Made by a program: the position numbers and the translations under genes
In this document: positions 9,003-16,544 of the stretch, piece after piece
How the letters are laid out: each line of letters opens with the position of its first letter
Numbering within the stretch: the first letter of the stretch is position 1
IMG/VR virus record: IMGVR_UViG_2684623171_000007
Length of the DNA stretch: 20,162 bases
DNA from: a virus
Taxonomy: Duplodnaviria > Heunggongvirae > Uroviricota > Caudoviricetes
Reading direction: 5' to 3' (one strand)
The notes under the pieces: generated by a model
What the model was told of the DNA's origin: nothing
Database searches by the model: none
The model's input: only the letters and a program-made list of their open reading frames with translations

Positions 9003-9678
9003 TGCCGCTGCTGGATAAGCTGCGTGAGCAGTACGGGGTCGGACCGGTATGCAGTGAACTGCATATTGCCCCGTCAACGGATTACCACTGTCAGCAACAG
9101 CGACATCATCCGGATAAACGCAGTGCCCGTGCGCAGCGCGATGACTGGCTGAAGAGAGAGATACAGCGCGTATACGATGAAAATCATCAGGTGTACGGTG
9201 TGCGTAAAGTCTGGCGCCAGTTGTTACGCGAAGGTATCAGGGTGGCCAGATGTACAGTGGCGCGCCTCATGGCGGTTATGGGACTTGCCGGTGTTCTCCG
9301 GGGTAAAAAGGTCCGTACTACCGTCAGCCGGAAAGCCGTTTCCGCAGGCGACCGCGTAAACCGTCAGTTCGTGGCAGAACGTCCTGACCAGCTGTGGGTG
9401 GCTGATTTTACTTACGTCAGCACATGGCAGGGCTTCGTCTATGTGGCGTTCATCATTGATGTGTTTTCCGGATGTATCGTGGGGTGGCGAGTCTCATCGT
9501 CTATGGAAACGACATTCGTGCTGGATGCACTGGAGCAGGCGTTGTGGGCCCGTCGGCCGTCCGGCACAGTCCATCACAGTGATAAAGGTTCTCAGTATGT
9601 ATCACTGGCCTATACGGAGCGACTAAAAGAAGCAAAACTGCTGGCATCAACAGGGAGTACAGGTGACTCGTATGACAA
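9002..9678 (+). pseudogene. IS629-like transposase OrfB, C-terminally truncated (copy 2)
   Basis: ORF track 9002..9691 (229 aa); the last residues (..DSYDNVFY*) are read from non-IS sequence, so the conserved C-terminal ~70 aa of OrfB are missing. Confidence 0.8.
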
Positions 9679-9710
9679 TGTATTTTATTAGTTCACATAC
9701 AATTATCAGA

Positions 9711-10025
9711 TTATTCTGGGAATAAGGTCTGAATATTCTTTTTTATTTTATAAAAATTGCATTCAACTCCGCTAGGCTGATTAGCCTGGTATGTTTCCTT
9801 GATGCTAACGGTATTGAAGGGGAGGTTGTCCTCTGGCCATTCGGCCATCCAGTAGGCAAATGCTGGGTTGCGCTTTATGAGTGCTAGCCCAGCCAGAAAG
9901 GCCGCGCGTTGCGCGCGGCTGCGTTCGGAGGCTGGCAGGCTATCGAGGTAATTGCACGCCTCCTGTTCACTCTTGACGGCGGCGGGCTTCAGATAGAAAC
10001 TTATCCGTCTGGTTGGTGTCGTCAT
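9711..10025 (-). CDS. parR: ParR/StbB-like centromere-binding partition protein (ribbon-helix-helix)
   Basis: ORF track 104 aa; starts 5 bp after the parM-like stop. N-terminal half (RRISFYLKP...LDSLPASERSRAQRAAFLAGLAL) resembles ParR of plasmid R1 as I recall it (..TIAFKLNP..LDSIPQGERSRLNRAALTAGLAL..). The C-terminal third is divergent and encoded by AT-rich DNA next to the IS junction. Confidence 0.6.
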   Translation of the reverse strand: MTTPTRRISFYLKPAAVKSEQEACNYLDSLPASERSRAQRAAFLAGLALIKRNPAFAYWMAEWPEDNLPFNTVSIKETYQANQPSGVECNFYKIKKNIQTLFPE

Positions 10026-10029
10026 TGGT

Positions 10030-10989
10030 TTACTCCTTGTTCATTGCGTACAACCCATTAACCAGAGCAAACTGTGGCACCCCGTCCGCGATGAAAGTCG
10101 CATTAACTCCGCAGGCTTCGCGGATAGCGGTTGCCACAATCTCCGCCCCGCCACCGACAACCATCACCCGCCCGTAACCCGAAAAAACCGCCAGCGCGCG
10201 GATCACGCGTTGTTTCAGTGTTTCTTCCTTTTCACGAATAACCGCCATCAGGCTGGCGTAATGCGCGTCATTGTGGATGTGCTGGCGCAGCCAGGCTTCA
10301 TCATGGCGATGTTCGATAATGGTATTGGCGATGTGGTGACTGGTGCGCATACCGTTAGTGGCCATCACCGACAGTACGGCATCGGCCATCAGAGAAACGC
10401 CTACGTGTGGATCGCAAAACACCTGGCTGATACCTGCCAGTTGCCCCTGAACCTTTGCCACATCCAGCGTGGTTCCGCCCAAATCCACAATCAGCAGGGA
10501 TTCAAACGGACTCATGTCAGCCAGTGCCTTAAAGCCAGCAGGAATGGATTCAGGCATAACCCGTACGTTACGGATAGTGAATGCTTCGCCGTTCTGGTAC
10601 TCCACCGGGCGCATGACGTTCGCTTTTTTGCGGTTGATGTTGGCCATGTCCGGCTGTGCGTTTGTATCGAAATACTCGCTCAGTGGCAGGGTGACAACCA
10701 CATCCACTTCCTGTGGTGTGATGCCTGATTTGACCAGCGCGTGATGAATGGCAATTACATTCACATCGCTGTACTGGTATTGCGTGTCGGTCGTCTGGAC
10801 AAAGCGATCGCTGACCGGATCAAAACCATAGCGCACGCCATCAAGCATGTAGTTCGCGGGCTGCGTGCCACCGAATGGCGCAGACCATTCCGACTTGAAG
10901 CTGTTCGGGCTGATGGCGTTGCGGCGTTCGCCGTTCTCAGTCCATGCCAGCTTGATGTTGGTGGAGCCGTCGTCGATACAAATTTTCAT
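10030..10989 (-). CDS. parM: ParM/StbA-like actin-type partition ATPase
   Basis: ORF track 319 aa with AAGGA Shine-Dalgarno. Family-defining blocks IDDGSTNIKL, ISPNSF, YQYSDVNVIAIHHAL, MPESIPAG, LIVDLGGTTLD, GVSL, FSGY..VMVVGGGAE and LVNGLY align with R1 ParM/StbA as I recall it. Confidence 0.85.
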   Translation of the reverse strand: MKICIDDGSTNIKLAWTENGERRNAISPNSFKSEWSAPFGGTQPANYMLDGVRYGFDPVSDRFVQTTDTQYQYSDVNVIAIHHALVKSGITPQEVDVVVTLPLSEYFDTNAQPDMANINRKKANVMRPVEYQNGEAFTIRNVRVMPESIPAGFKALADMSPFESLLIVDLGGTTLDVAKVQGQLAGISQVFCDPHVGVSLMADAVLSVMATNGMRTSHHIANTIIEHRHDEAWLRQHIHNDAHYASLMAVIREKEETLKQRVIRALAVFSGYGRVMVVGGGAEIVATAIREACGVNATFIADGVPQFALVNGLYAMNKE

Positions 10990-11023
10990 GTCGCTTTTCC
11001 TTATGTTGATTAATTAATCGGTT

Positions 11024-11132
11024 ACAGGATTTTTAAATCCCGCTTTTGCCTGTTTTGTGCGCGCTTCATATATCGCGGCGCGTTTTTTGCTCATTTACGG
11101 GATTTGTGAGTCCCGTTTCTGTCTGTTTTTTG
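11024..11132. repeat. two ~36-bp direct repeats, each with internal dyad symmetry, upstream of parM (candidate parC-like centromere/operator or tandem hairpins)
   Basis: Copy 1 ~11024-11059 ACAGGATTTTTAAATCCCGCTTTTGCCTGTTTTGTG; copy 2 ~11097-11132 ACGGGATTTGTGAGTCCCGTTTCTGTCTGTTTTTTG (about 27 of 36 positions identical). Cores GGATTT..AAATCC and ACGGGA..TCCCGT are inverted repeats followed by T-rich tracts. Copy 2 lies inside the last ~20 codons of gene A. Confidence 0.4.
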
Positions 11133-13888
11133 TTTCCACTGGTCAGGCCACCCCGCAGCAGGTCTGCTTTGCGGCTGGCGCGTTCAGTGGTTTCACTGAT
11201 TCTCTGTGCGTGCTCTGCGTCGCGGATGGCGCGCAGCATGTCAGAAAGCACGGTAACGGGTGTTTTCATGGTGTTCTGGTCCTGCTGAAGTGTGGATGCC
11301 AGGCGTGCGGCGGCTTCAGGGTCTGATGCCCCCAGCTGTGCCAGATAGCTGGCGACCGGGTTATGGCGGATCTCCGTGCTGCTTACGCCATGATTACGGC
11401 TCAGGCGCTGCCAGAGCTGCGTGATTCGGCTGTCCGGGCGGGTATCCGGTTTGCGTACAATTTCAAATCCCTGCGGTGCAATGATGCTGCCGTCAACGTA
11501 CAGACTGCCGCCCCGTAACAGGTGCTGCATCTGTTGTTCACCGATATGCAGGCCGAGAGATTCAGCAGACTCCCGCCATTCTTTAGCGAGTAATTCGTGG
11601 TTATCAGGCAAAGGCCGCTGCTGTTTGCGGCTCTGTGTCCAGCTCTGCATTTCATCACTGCTGTTTTTTGCCTGTTTGTCACGAAGCGAACGCATCAGCG
11701 CCCGGCGTTCGTGCCGTTTCAGTGAGCGCATCCATTCGTTCACGTCAACGCCGTCAGGAAGCTGCGGCCACGGTGCTGGCCGTTCTTCCGGCTGTTCTGT
11801 CCCGTTGTTGTCCGTTTCCTGTACACGGGGACAGTTATTGCCACGAGTCCAAGGGGCGGCAGGGCCGCCCTGAAGGTCAAAACCATTTTCGCGGGCGCTG
11901 TCTTCTACTCCCGGTTTACGTCTTACCAGCTTCCAGTTATCCGGGTGCGTGCACACACGGGAGGATTCCCCGATGAGTGGTGACCAGATCCCGTAAATCT
12001 GTACGCTCTGTTCGCCGTAATCGTTCAGCTCATCTGCGAGGTCGTAGGCGGTGCGAATCAGGTAGTCCTTGCGTGGAACAAGTACGCCTCCCTGTTTCTC
12101 AATGTAGGTGGTAAAACATCCGGCATCAGCGGCAGCAAGAACCGCATCCATTGCGTCATCCTTCAGCCGTTGCGGGCCTTCCGGGTTGCGTGCCATCTGG
12201 CTGGCAAGGCGACGCAGTTCACGCCACACCTGACGGGAGGGGATGCCAAAGAACTGGAACTGGCGGACCCGGTGAAGGCGCGCCCAGCCAATGGCGCGTT
12301 CCACGCTCTCGGTCATTGATTTTCCGGTTTCGTGGTCAACGCGTGGTTTGCCTGTTTTCGGGTCGATGCCATCCACGGCGCGGCTGTCCAGGTTTTTTCC
12401 GATGTAGGTGGCGATGTAGCTGGTTGGCGTGCCTTTTGAGCCGTCGACATACTCCGCCTTAAAGCGCGGAGTAATATCATCGCCCAGCTCGTGACGATCT
12501 TCCTGAATGGCAATATCGCGGGTGTGGGACACAATGGTGTCGATTTCTTCCGGATGAGCAAAGACCATCATATGCCAGTGCACGGTGCCGTCATGGTGAG
12601 GCTCCACCGTGCGGATGCCATACCAGCGCAGGCCGTCGCGGTTCAGTTTCTTGCGGACCGCCGCAAAAAACGTGTTAACCAGGTAATCGCTGGAGTCGCG
12701 CATGGTGGCCCCGTTCCATTTGGGATTCGGATGACCGTTCTCTGTTGTAGCGTGGTATTTTGACGGGCAGGTGACAGTCAGAAACACCGCTTTGTCGCCA
12801 CGGGCTTCGGCCAGAAGTTCCAGCCCCTTCATGGTGGCCATCATTTCTGCCTTACGGTGAACCGGGTTACTTACTCCCGCGTAATACACTGTCTCGAGAT
12901 CAATCGTGAACCCGTCTTCGTTTTCCAGCATGAAACTTTTCAGGAAATCGCGTGTTTTCTCGCGCTGTGCGCGAAACTCGCTTAACGCGTCCTGGCTCAG
13001 ATAGGGCGATGTTTTTCTGGAAACCAGACAGGCGGCGCGGAGTTGTTCTTCTCTCCACTCGCAACGTAACAGCCACAGTTTGCGTTTCCACCATTCCGCA
13101 CAGGTCAGGCGAAGGATTGCGCCCGGCAGCAGCTCCGTGTCCGGTTCGTTCCTCCGGTCTTTGTCTGTTGTCAGTGCGTCATAATGTGGAGGCATGGCGT
13201 GCAGGTGTAACGCCATGCGGGCCAGCATCTGATACGCCTTCAGCGTTACATCCATGGTCAGTTCGCCATCGGTCGCGCCAAAGCCATCGCAGAGTTTTTC
13301 GAAGGTGCTGCTGAACATCGCCGCCGTCATGGTGGCCAGCGTCTGTATCTGGTGTTTGTTGAGCTGCGGCAGGTAAAGCAAATCGTCCAGGCGTTCGCGT
13401 CCGGCAAGGGAGCGATAACCCTGTGTCAGCCAGCGGTGATCGGTGCGCTCCAGACGTTCGAATATTTTGCGCAGGTTTCCGCGCGCGTAGCGTTCAGCCT
13501 GCCAGCTCTTTTTGCCTTTCTGACGATCGGCTTCCTGTTTTTTGCGCAGGAAGGAGAGGTGGCGAATAAGCGGATCGCGCAGATAGGACGGCAGCAGGCG
13601 CAGCGAGGCCATGGCTTCATCCACCGCACCGCGTGCCTGTTTTCTGGCGTCTCCTGCCAGTGTGATGGTTTTGTCCTGTTTTTCCTGTGCGTCCAGGCTT
13701 TTATTAATCAGGTTGCCCAGCGGCGTTGCGGAGAACGCCGCATCAGCCATTTCCTGGCGGCGCTCGTTCTCTACCCGGTAGGCATCCAGCCAGGAGGAAA
13801 GCGCGGATTCAGGAGCGGGGATCCCCGTTCCTTCACGCCCCACTGCGTGGCGCGGTTGTTGCCAGTCCCTGATGTACTCTGCCGTCAT
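11066..13888 (-). CDS. A: replication initiation endonuclease (P2 gpA-like, HUH rolling-circle initiator)
   Basis: ORF track 940 aa. Contains an HUH-type motif (DGTVHWHMMVF) and a downstream tyrosine motif (TPTSYIATYIGKNLDS), the arrangement established for P2 A-family initiators. Sits at the distal end of the early operon as in P2. It is longer than P2 A as I recall it (~760 aa), so the real start or C-terminal tail may differ. Confidence 0.8.
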   Translation of the reverse strand: MTAEYIRDWQQPRHAVGREGTGIPAPESALSSWLDAYRVENERRQEMADAAFSATPLGNLINKSLDAQEKQDKTITLAGDARKQARGAVDEAMASLRLLPSYLRDPLIRHLSFLRKKQEADRQKGKKSWQAERYARGNLRKIFERLERTDHRWLTQGYRSLAGRERLDDLLYLPQLNKHQIQTLATMTAAMFSSTFEKLCDGFGATDGELTMDVTLKAYQMLARMALHLHAMPPHYDALTTDKDRRNEPDTELLPGAILRLTCAEWWKRKLWLLRCEWREEQLRAACLVSRKTSPYLSQDALSEFRAQREKTRDFLKSFMLENEDGFTIDLETVYYAGVSNPVHRKAEMMATMKGLELLAEARGDKAVFLTVTCPSKYHATTENGHPNPKWNGATMRDSSDYLVNTFFAAVRKKLNRDGLRWYGIRTVEPHHDGTVHWHMMVFAHPEEIDTIVSHTRDIAIQEDRHELGDDITPRFKAEYVDGSKGTPTSYIATYIGKNLDSRAVDGIDPKTGKPRVDHETGKSMTESVERAIGWARLHRVRQFQFFGIPSRQVWRELRRLASQMARNPEGPQRLKDDAMDAVLAAADAGCFTTYIEKQGGVLVPRKDYLIRTAYDLADELNDYGEQSVQIYGIWSPLIGESSRVCTHPDNWKLVRRKPGVEDSARENGFDLQGGPAAPWTRGNNCPRVQETDNNGTEQPEERPAPWPQLPDGVDVNEWMRSLKRHERRALMRSLRDKQAKNSSDEMQSWTQSRKQQRPLPDNHELLAKEWRESAESLGLHIGEQQMQHLLRGGSLYVDGSIIAPQGFEIVRKPDTRPDSRITQLWQRLSRNHGVSSTEIRHNPVASYLAQLGASDPEAAARLASTLQQDQNTMKTPVTVLSDMLRAIRDAEHAQRISETTERASRKADLLRGGLTSGNKKQTETGLTNPVNEQKTRRDI

Positions 13889-13894
13889 AGTGAT

Positions 13895-14260
13895 TTACTT
13901 CGTCATGCCATTCAGGGTGTCGCGGCAGGCTGTAGCCAGCCGCTGAATTTCCAGCACGGTGTCTTCTGTGTCGGCATGGCGATGTGTGATGCGGATGCTG
14001 TCGGCAATCACATCGACGATTGCAGAGGATGGGCGCTGGTAAATGCCAATAACGGACGGGGTGCCACCTTCAATGCGGTAAAGCCTGTAATTTCCCTCGT
14101 GGCTGTCAATCATGTAGCGACCATCAATAACAATCTTTCCGTCAGCGAGCTGCGGTACAGGCAGGGATTTCAGGTACATGTCATAACGATCACGCACGCG
14201 AGCGGCAAGATCACGTTCTGTGTTGAGCAGGTATTCAAGAAAGTCGTTGGCGAGAATCAT
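13895..14260 (-). CDS. hypothetical protein (early operon, immediately upstream of A)
   Basis: ORF track 121 aa, same strand and tightly spaced with A; no family recognised by eye. Confidence 0.45.
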   Translation of the reverse strand: MILANDFLEYLLNTERDLAARVRDRYDMYLKSLPVPQLADGKIVIDGRYMIDSHEGNYRLYRIEGGTPSVIGIYQRPSSAIVDVIADSIRITHRHADTEDTVLEIQRLATACRDTLNGMTK

Positions 14261-14332
14261 TGCGGCAATCCTCTTGTTACAGATGTGCGAAGGCCTCCCG
14301 CCGCAAGGTGCAGGAAAGGCCCGGAACAGGAA

Positions 14333-14563
14333 TTAATGGAGTTTGTTTTGCTGCTGGATGAGCTGTTGAAACTCGTGCAGATCATCCGCCAGATAGCTGA
14401 AAACAGAGGCGGAATAAATGTTTGATAGTGCGTGGCTGCGCTCATGCAGCATATTGATGTGCATGATTTGCGCGACGCGTGATGCGCGGGAAAGTCTGCG
14501 GTTGATTTCAGTCTGGATGTGACGACGCTCCGCGATAGCGCGGTGCTGTTTGCGGTCTGCCAT
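14333..14563 (-). CDS. hypothetical small basic protein (76 aa)
   Basis: ORF track; AAGAGG Shine-Dalgarno about 8 nt upstream of the ATG. Preferred over the overlapping 205-aa ORF 14257..14874, which has low-complexity composition. Confidence 0.4.
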   Translation of the reverse strand: MADRKQHRAIAERRHIQTEINRRLSRASRVAQIMHINMLHERSHALSNIYSASVFSYLADDLHEFQQLIQQQNKLH

Positions 14564-14740
14564 GGTGTGGCCTCTTTGCTCGGTGATAGAAATAACTCAC
14601 CATCCAGAGTTGAGAATCTCGGGGTGGCGAGACGTACAGGGTTCTCAACACCGGAGAGCAAAGAATCCGGCCCGACCGAAGTCGGCCCCGTACGCCCCGC
14701 CATAATTCTGACGCGAAAAAGACGTGGCAATACAGTACGC

Positions 14741-14764
14741 ACAAAAAAACCGCTAGCGCGGTTA
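14741..14764 (-). terminator. candidate rho-independent terminator on the minus strand
   Basis: On the minus strand: 6-bp stem AACCGC/GCGGTT with a 4-nt loop, followed by TTTTTTT (plus strand reads ACAAAAAAACCGCTAGCGCGGTT). Confidence 0.4.
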
Positions 14765-14835
14765 TGCGCTTTGCTCTGTATCGGGTTGAGAATCCCGGCA
14801 CCCGTTTTATGAGGTGCAGCGGAAATGTAACCTGA

Positions 14836-14864
14836 CCGATTGCGGCATGGCAAGCGGTTTTTTT
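14836..14864 (+). terminator. candidate rho-independent terminator on the plus strand (antisense to the early operon)
   Basis: CCGATTGC-GGCATG-GCAAGCGG (8-bp stem with one mismatch, 6-nt loop) followed by TTTTTTT. Confidence 0.4.
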
Positions 14865-14885
14865 GTGTGTGCATGTTCTGGTTTC

Positions 14886-15185
14886 TTACTGGTTCAGAAA
14901 AAAATCAAAAACGTTATCGATGCGTTGCAGCAGCTCTTGCTGCATTGCTTCCGGCGTTTCCGGTTCGCCAGGTGCCCCCAGCGTTGCGCAGAAATCAGCG
15001 ATTTCATGATGGAGCGTGAGGCGAATGGCAGGAGCCGTGGTTCTGGCGTGCTCCAGCTGATCCAGCAGTGCCAGCACAGCAGACGGCGAGAGCATTGCGC
15101 GAAATGCCAGTAATTTTTGAGGCGTTGCCATTCGTTGCAGGGCAAATGCCAGTTCGCGTAGCTTCTGGTGGTTGATGGTGCTCAT
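14886..15185 (-). CDS. hypothetical protein
   Basis: ORF track 99 aa; 4-bp overlap with the upstream ORF 15182..15448 suggests an operon. Confidence 0.45.
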   Translation of the reverse strand: MSTINHQKLRELAFALQRMATPQKLLAFRAMLSPSAVLALLDQLEHARTTAPAIRLTLHHEIADFCATLGAPGEPETPEAMQQELLQRIDNVFDFFLNQ

Positions 15186-15448
15186 GCTCTGGCTTCCTTC
15201 AGTAGCTGGTTAAACATGTGAGTAAGTGGATTGCTACACCCGAACGGCATCGGGTTTACGTGGTAAGAAGCCTGGCCTCCTGTTTTGCGAGCGCGACCAC
15301 CTGTGCTGCGGTTTGTTCTGATGACTAAGCCGCCGCGCCAAAGTCGGCGTAACTCAGCATTAATGGCTGTGGTTGGGGTATTCAGTGCTGCGGCGATCTC
15401 TCCGCCGCTACACCCCGGATGAGTAGCGATGTAGTCCAGAATGGTCAT
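15182..15448 (-). CDS. putative winged-helix DNA-binding protein
   Basis: ORF track 88 aa; N-terminus (ILDYIATHPGCSGGEIAAALNTPTTAINAELRRLWRGGLVIR) has a helix-turn-helix/wing pattern. Function not assignable by eye. Confidence 0.45.
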   Translation of the reverse strand: MTILDYIATHPGCSGGEIAAALNTPTTAINAELRRLWRGGLVIRTNRSTGGRARKTGGQASYHVNPMPFGCSNPLTHMFNQLLKEARA

Positions 15449-15648
15449 CTGCGTGGCTCCTGTACCTGTCGGATAAGATTTACTCGCGCCACGTTGGTGG
15501 CGCAGAAGTAAGTGCCGTCAGTGAGGTAGATGTGGTGTGCATCCTTTTCCGAACGATGTTTGTCGATAGTGGTAATCAGGCGTTCGTCGACCTCGTATTC
15601 GCGCCCTCTGGAGGTAAAGCGAACGACGGGAAAATGCTTAATTGCCAT
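15445..15648 (-). CDS. hypothetical protein
   Basis: ORF track 67 aa; 4-bp overlap with the downstream ORF. Confidence 0.4.
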   Translation of the reverse strand: MAIKHFPVVRFTSRGREYEVDERLITTIDKHRSEKDAHHIYLTDGTYFCATNVARVNLIRQVQEPRR

Positions 15649-15671
15649 TGCGCCCCCTTTGTCCAGTAACC

Positions 15672-16088
15672 CTATGCGTTAAATACGGCACGTTGCGCGT
15701 CATCAATGAATACAGCTTGAGAGCGTTCTATCAGGCGGAGATTTGTCAGAAGCTCTGACTCTTTTGTGTGGTAAGGCGTTATCAGGTATTTGCCGTGCAG
15801 TTCGGCAATAATGGTGTATTGCAGCATCATTGCTGAACCAAGAATATAAATGCAGCGTCCAATGCTGGACGGATTCATGGCTGCAACTGTTGACTGTGTT
15901 TTAAGAGTGTCGATTTCTTTGCTCTGTTCCTCAATAACTTTGGCTGCTTCAGGGGTGGCTATTGCGATGGTCAGTGCGTAAAGCGCTGCCATATGTTGAT
16001 TATCTTTCTGGGCTGCCCTGGACAGCTTGTCTTGCTCTGCTGACACTATTTTTAATGTATTGATAATATTTTTTTCTTTTGCGTTCAT
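15672..16088 (-). CDS. hypothetical protein
   Basis: ORF track 138 aa; GGAG Shine-Dalgarno (GGAGATATAAAATG); AT-rich coding region. Confidence 0.5.
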   Translation of the reverse strand: MNAKEKNIINTLKIVSAEQDKLSRAAQKDNQHMAALYALTIAIATPEAAKVIEEQSKEIDTLKTQSTVAAMNPSSIGRCIYILGSAMMLQYTIIAELHGKYLITPYHTKESELLTNLRLIERSQAVFIDDAQRAVFNA

Positions 16089-16180
16089 TTTATATCTCCG
16101 TTATTTACGTGTGCGAATACCTCCGCGAATGCGGATAGTTTTCAGGTTTTCGGGTTTAATCTGGTGTTCTGTTTAAGCTG

Positions 16181-16294
16181 TTATTTGTCAGTGAAAAAGC
16201 GTTCAATCTTTTTTACTGAATGAATAATTCGCATAATCCCAATGGCGCAGGCCACCGAAATAATCAGAACAAGCCATGAGATAAATATACTCAT
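16181..16294 (-). CDS. small hydrophobic membrane peptide, 37 aa (MSIFISWLVLIISVACAIGIMRIIHSVKKIERFFTDK), not in the ORF track
   Basis: Read by eye. ATG overlaps the TGA stop of ORF 16291..16533 (ATGA), suggesting translational coupling. One predicted transmembrane helix followed by a basic tail. Coordinates approximate to 1-2 bp. Confidence 0.4.
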   Translation of the reverse strand: MSIFISWLVLIISVACAIGIMRIIHSVKKIERFFTDK

Positions 16295-16533
16295 GCGATA
16301 TTCCCCAGCTTATATGGTTCAATGTGTTCCCCGCATTCTGCGGCACAGATCAGCTCGGAAAGTTCGTTAAGTGCATCCAGATCATCAGCGTAAAAAGCAA
16401 CGTCATACAAACTCCGGATTGCCCTGGTCAATGAGTCACGGGCTGCACGTTCAGCATGAGCGCCTGATGCACTTAAGCGAAAATAAAATCGTTCAGGTGC
16501 TTTGTTAATGAGAGTTTTATATTCTTTGCCCAT
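16291..16533 (-). CDS. hypothetical protein
   Basis: ORF track 80 aa; operon context. Confidence 0.45.
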   Translation of the reverse strand: MGKEYKTLINKAPERFYFRLSASGAHAERAARDSLTRAIRSLYDVAFYADDLDALNELSELICAAECGEHIEPYKLGNIA

Positions 16534-16544
16534 CGCAACGCCCT

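Larger units (their letters stand above)
8622..9678 (+). mobile_element. IS629-like element, second copy, 3'-truncated (~1057 of 1310 bp), plus orientation
   Basis: Starts with TGAACCGCCCCGGGAATCCTGGAGACTAAACTCCC at 8622. OrfA is intact. OrfB matches copy 1 up to ..[11 protein letters not shown], then the sequence diverges into AT-rich unrelated DNA at ~9678; no right inverted repeat is present. Confidence 0.85.

Noticed and set aside
10210-11013. Plus-strand ORFs 10210..10728, 10469..10744 and 10741..11013
   Set aside because: Antisense to the strongly supported parM-like gene; no ribosome-binding sites or motifs.
11046-14425. Series of plus-strand ORFs (11057..11326, 11421..11873, 11635..11976, 12151..12462, 12491..12763, 12952..13314, 13352..14425)
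   Set aside because: All lie antisense to the long replication-initiator gene and have Arg/Cys/Ser-rich low-complexity translations typical of the wrong strand of a GC-rich gene.
14257-14874. 205-aa minus-strand ORF spanning the non-coding island
   Set aside because: Translation is Ser/Arg/Thr-rich and low-complexity, and it runs straight through two predicted terminator hairpins and the repeated motif. The nested 76-aa ORF 14333..14563, which has a good Shine-Dalgarno, is preferred, and the rest is treated as non-coding.
14570-14880. Possible tRNA or CRISPR in the structured non-coding region
   Set aside because: No cloverleaf-compatible arrangement with a T-loop GTTC motif at the right spacing, and no regularly spaced direct repeats. 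The three motif copies are irregularly spaced and one is inverted.
16118-16160. Hairpin TCCGCGAATGCGGA followed by an interrupted T-rich tract on the plus strand
   Set aside because: Short 5-bp stem and a T tract broken by C/G. It lies in the 5' leader of the minus-strand gene 15672..16088 and may just be leader structure; too weak to call a terminator.
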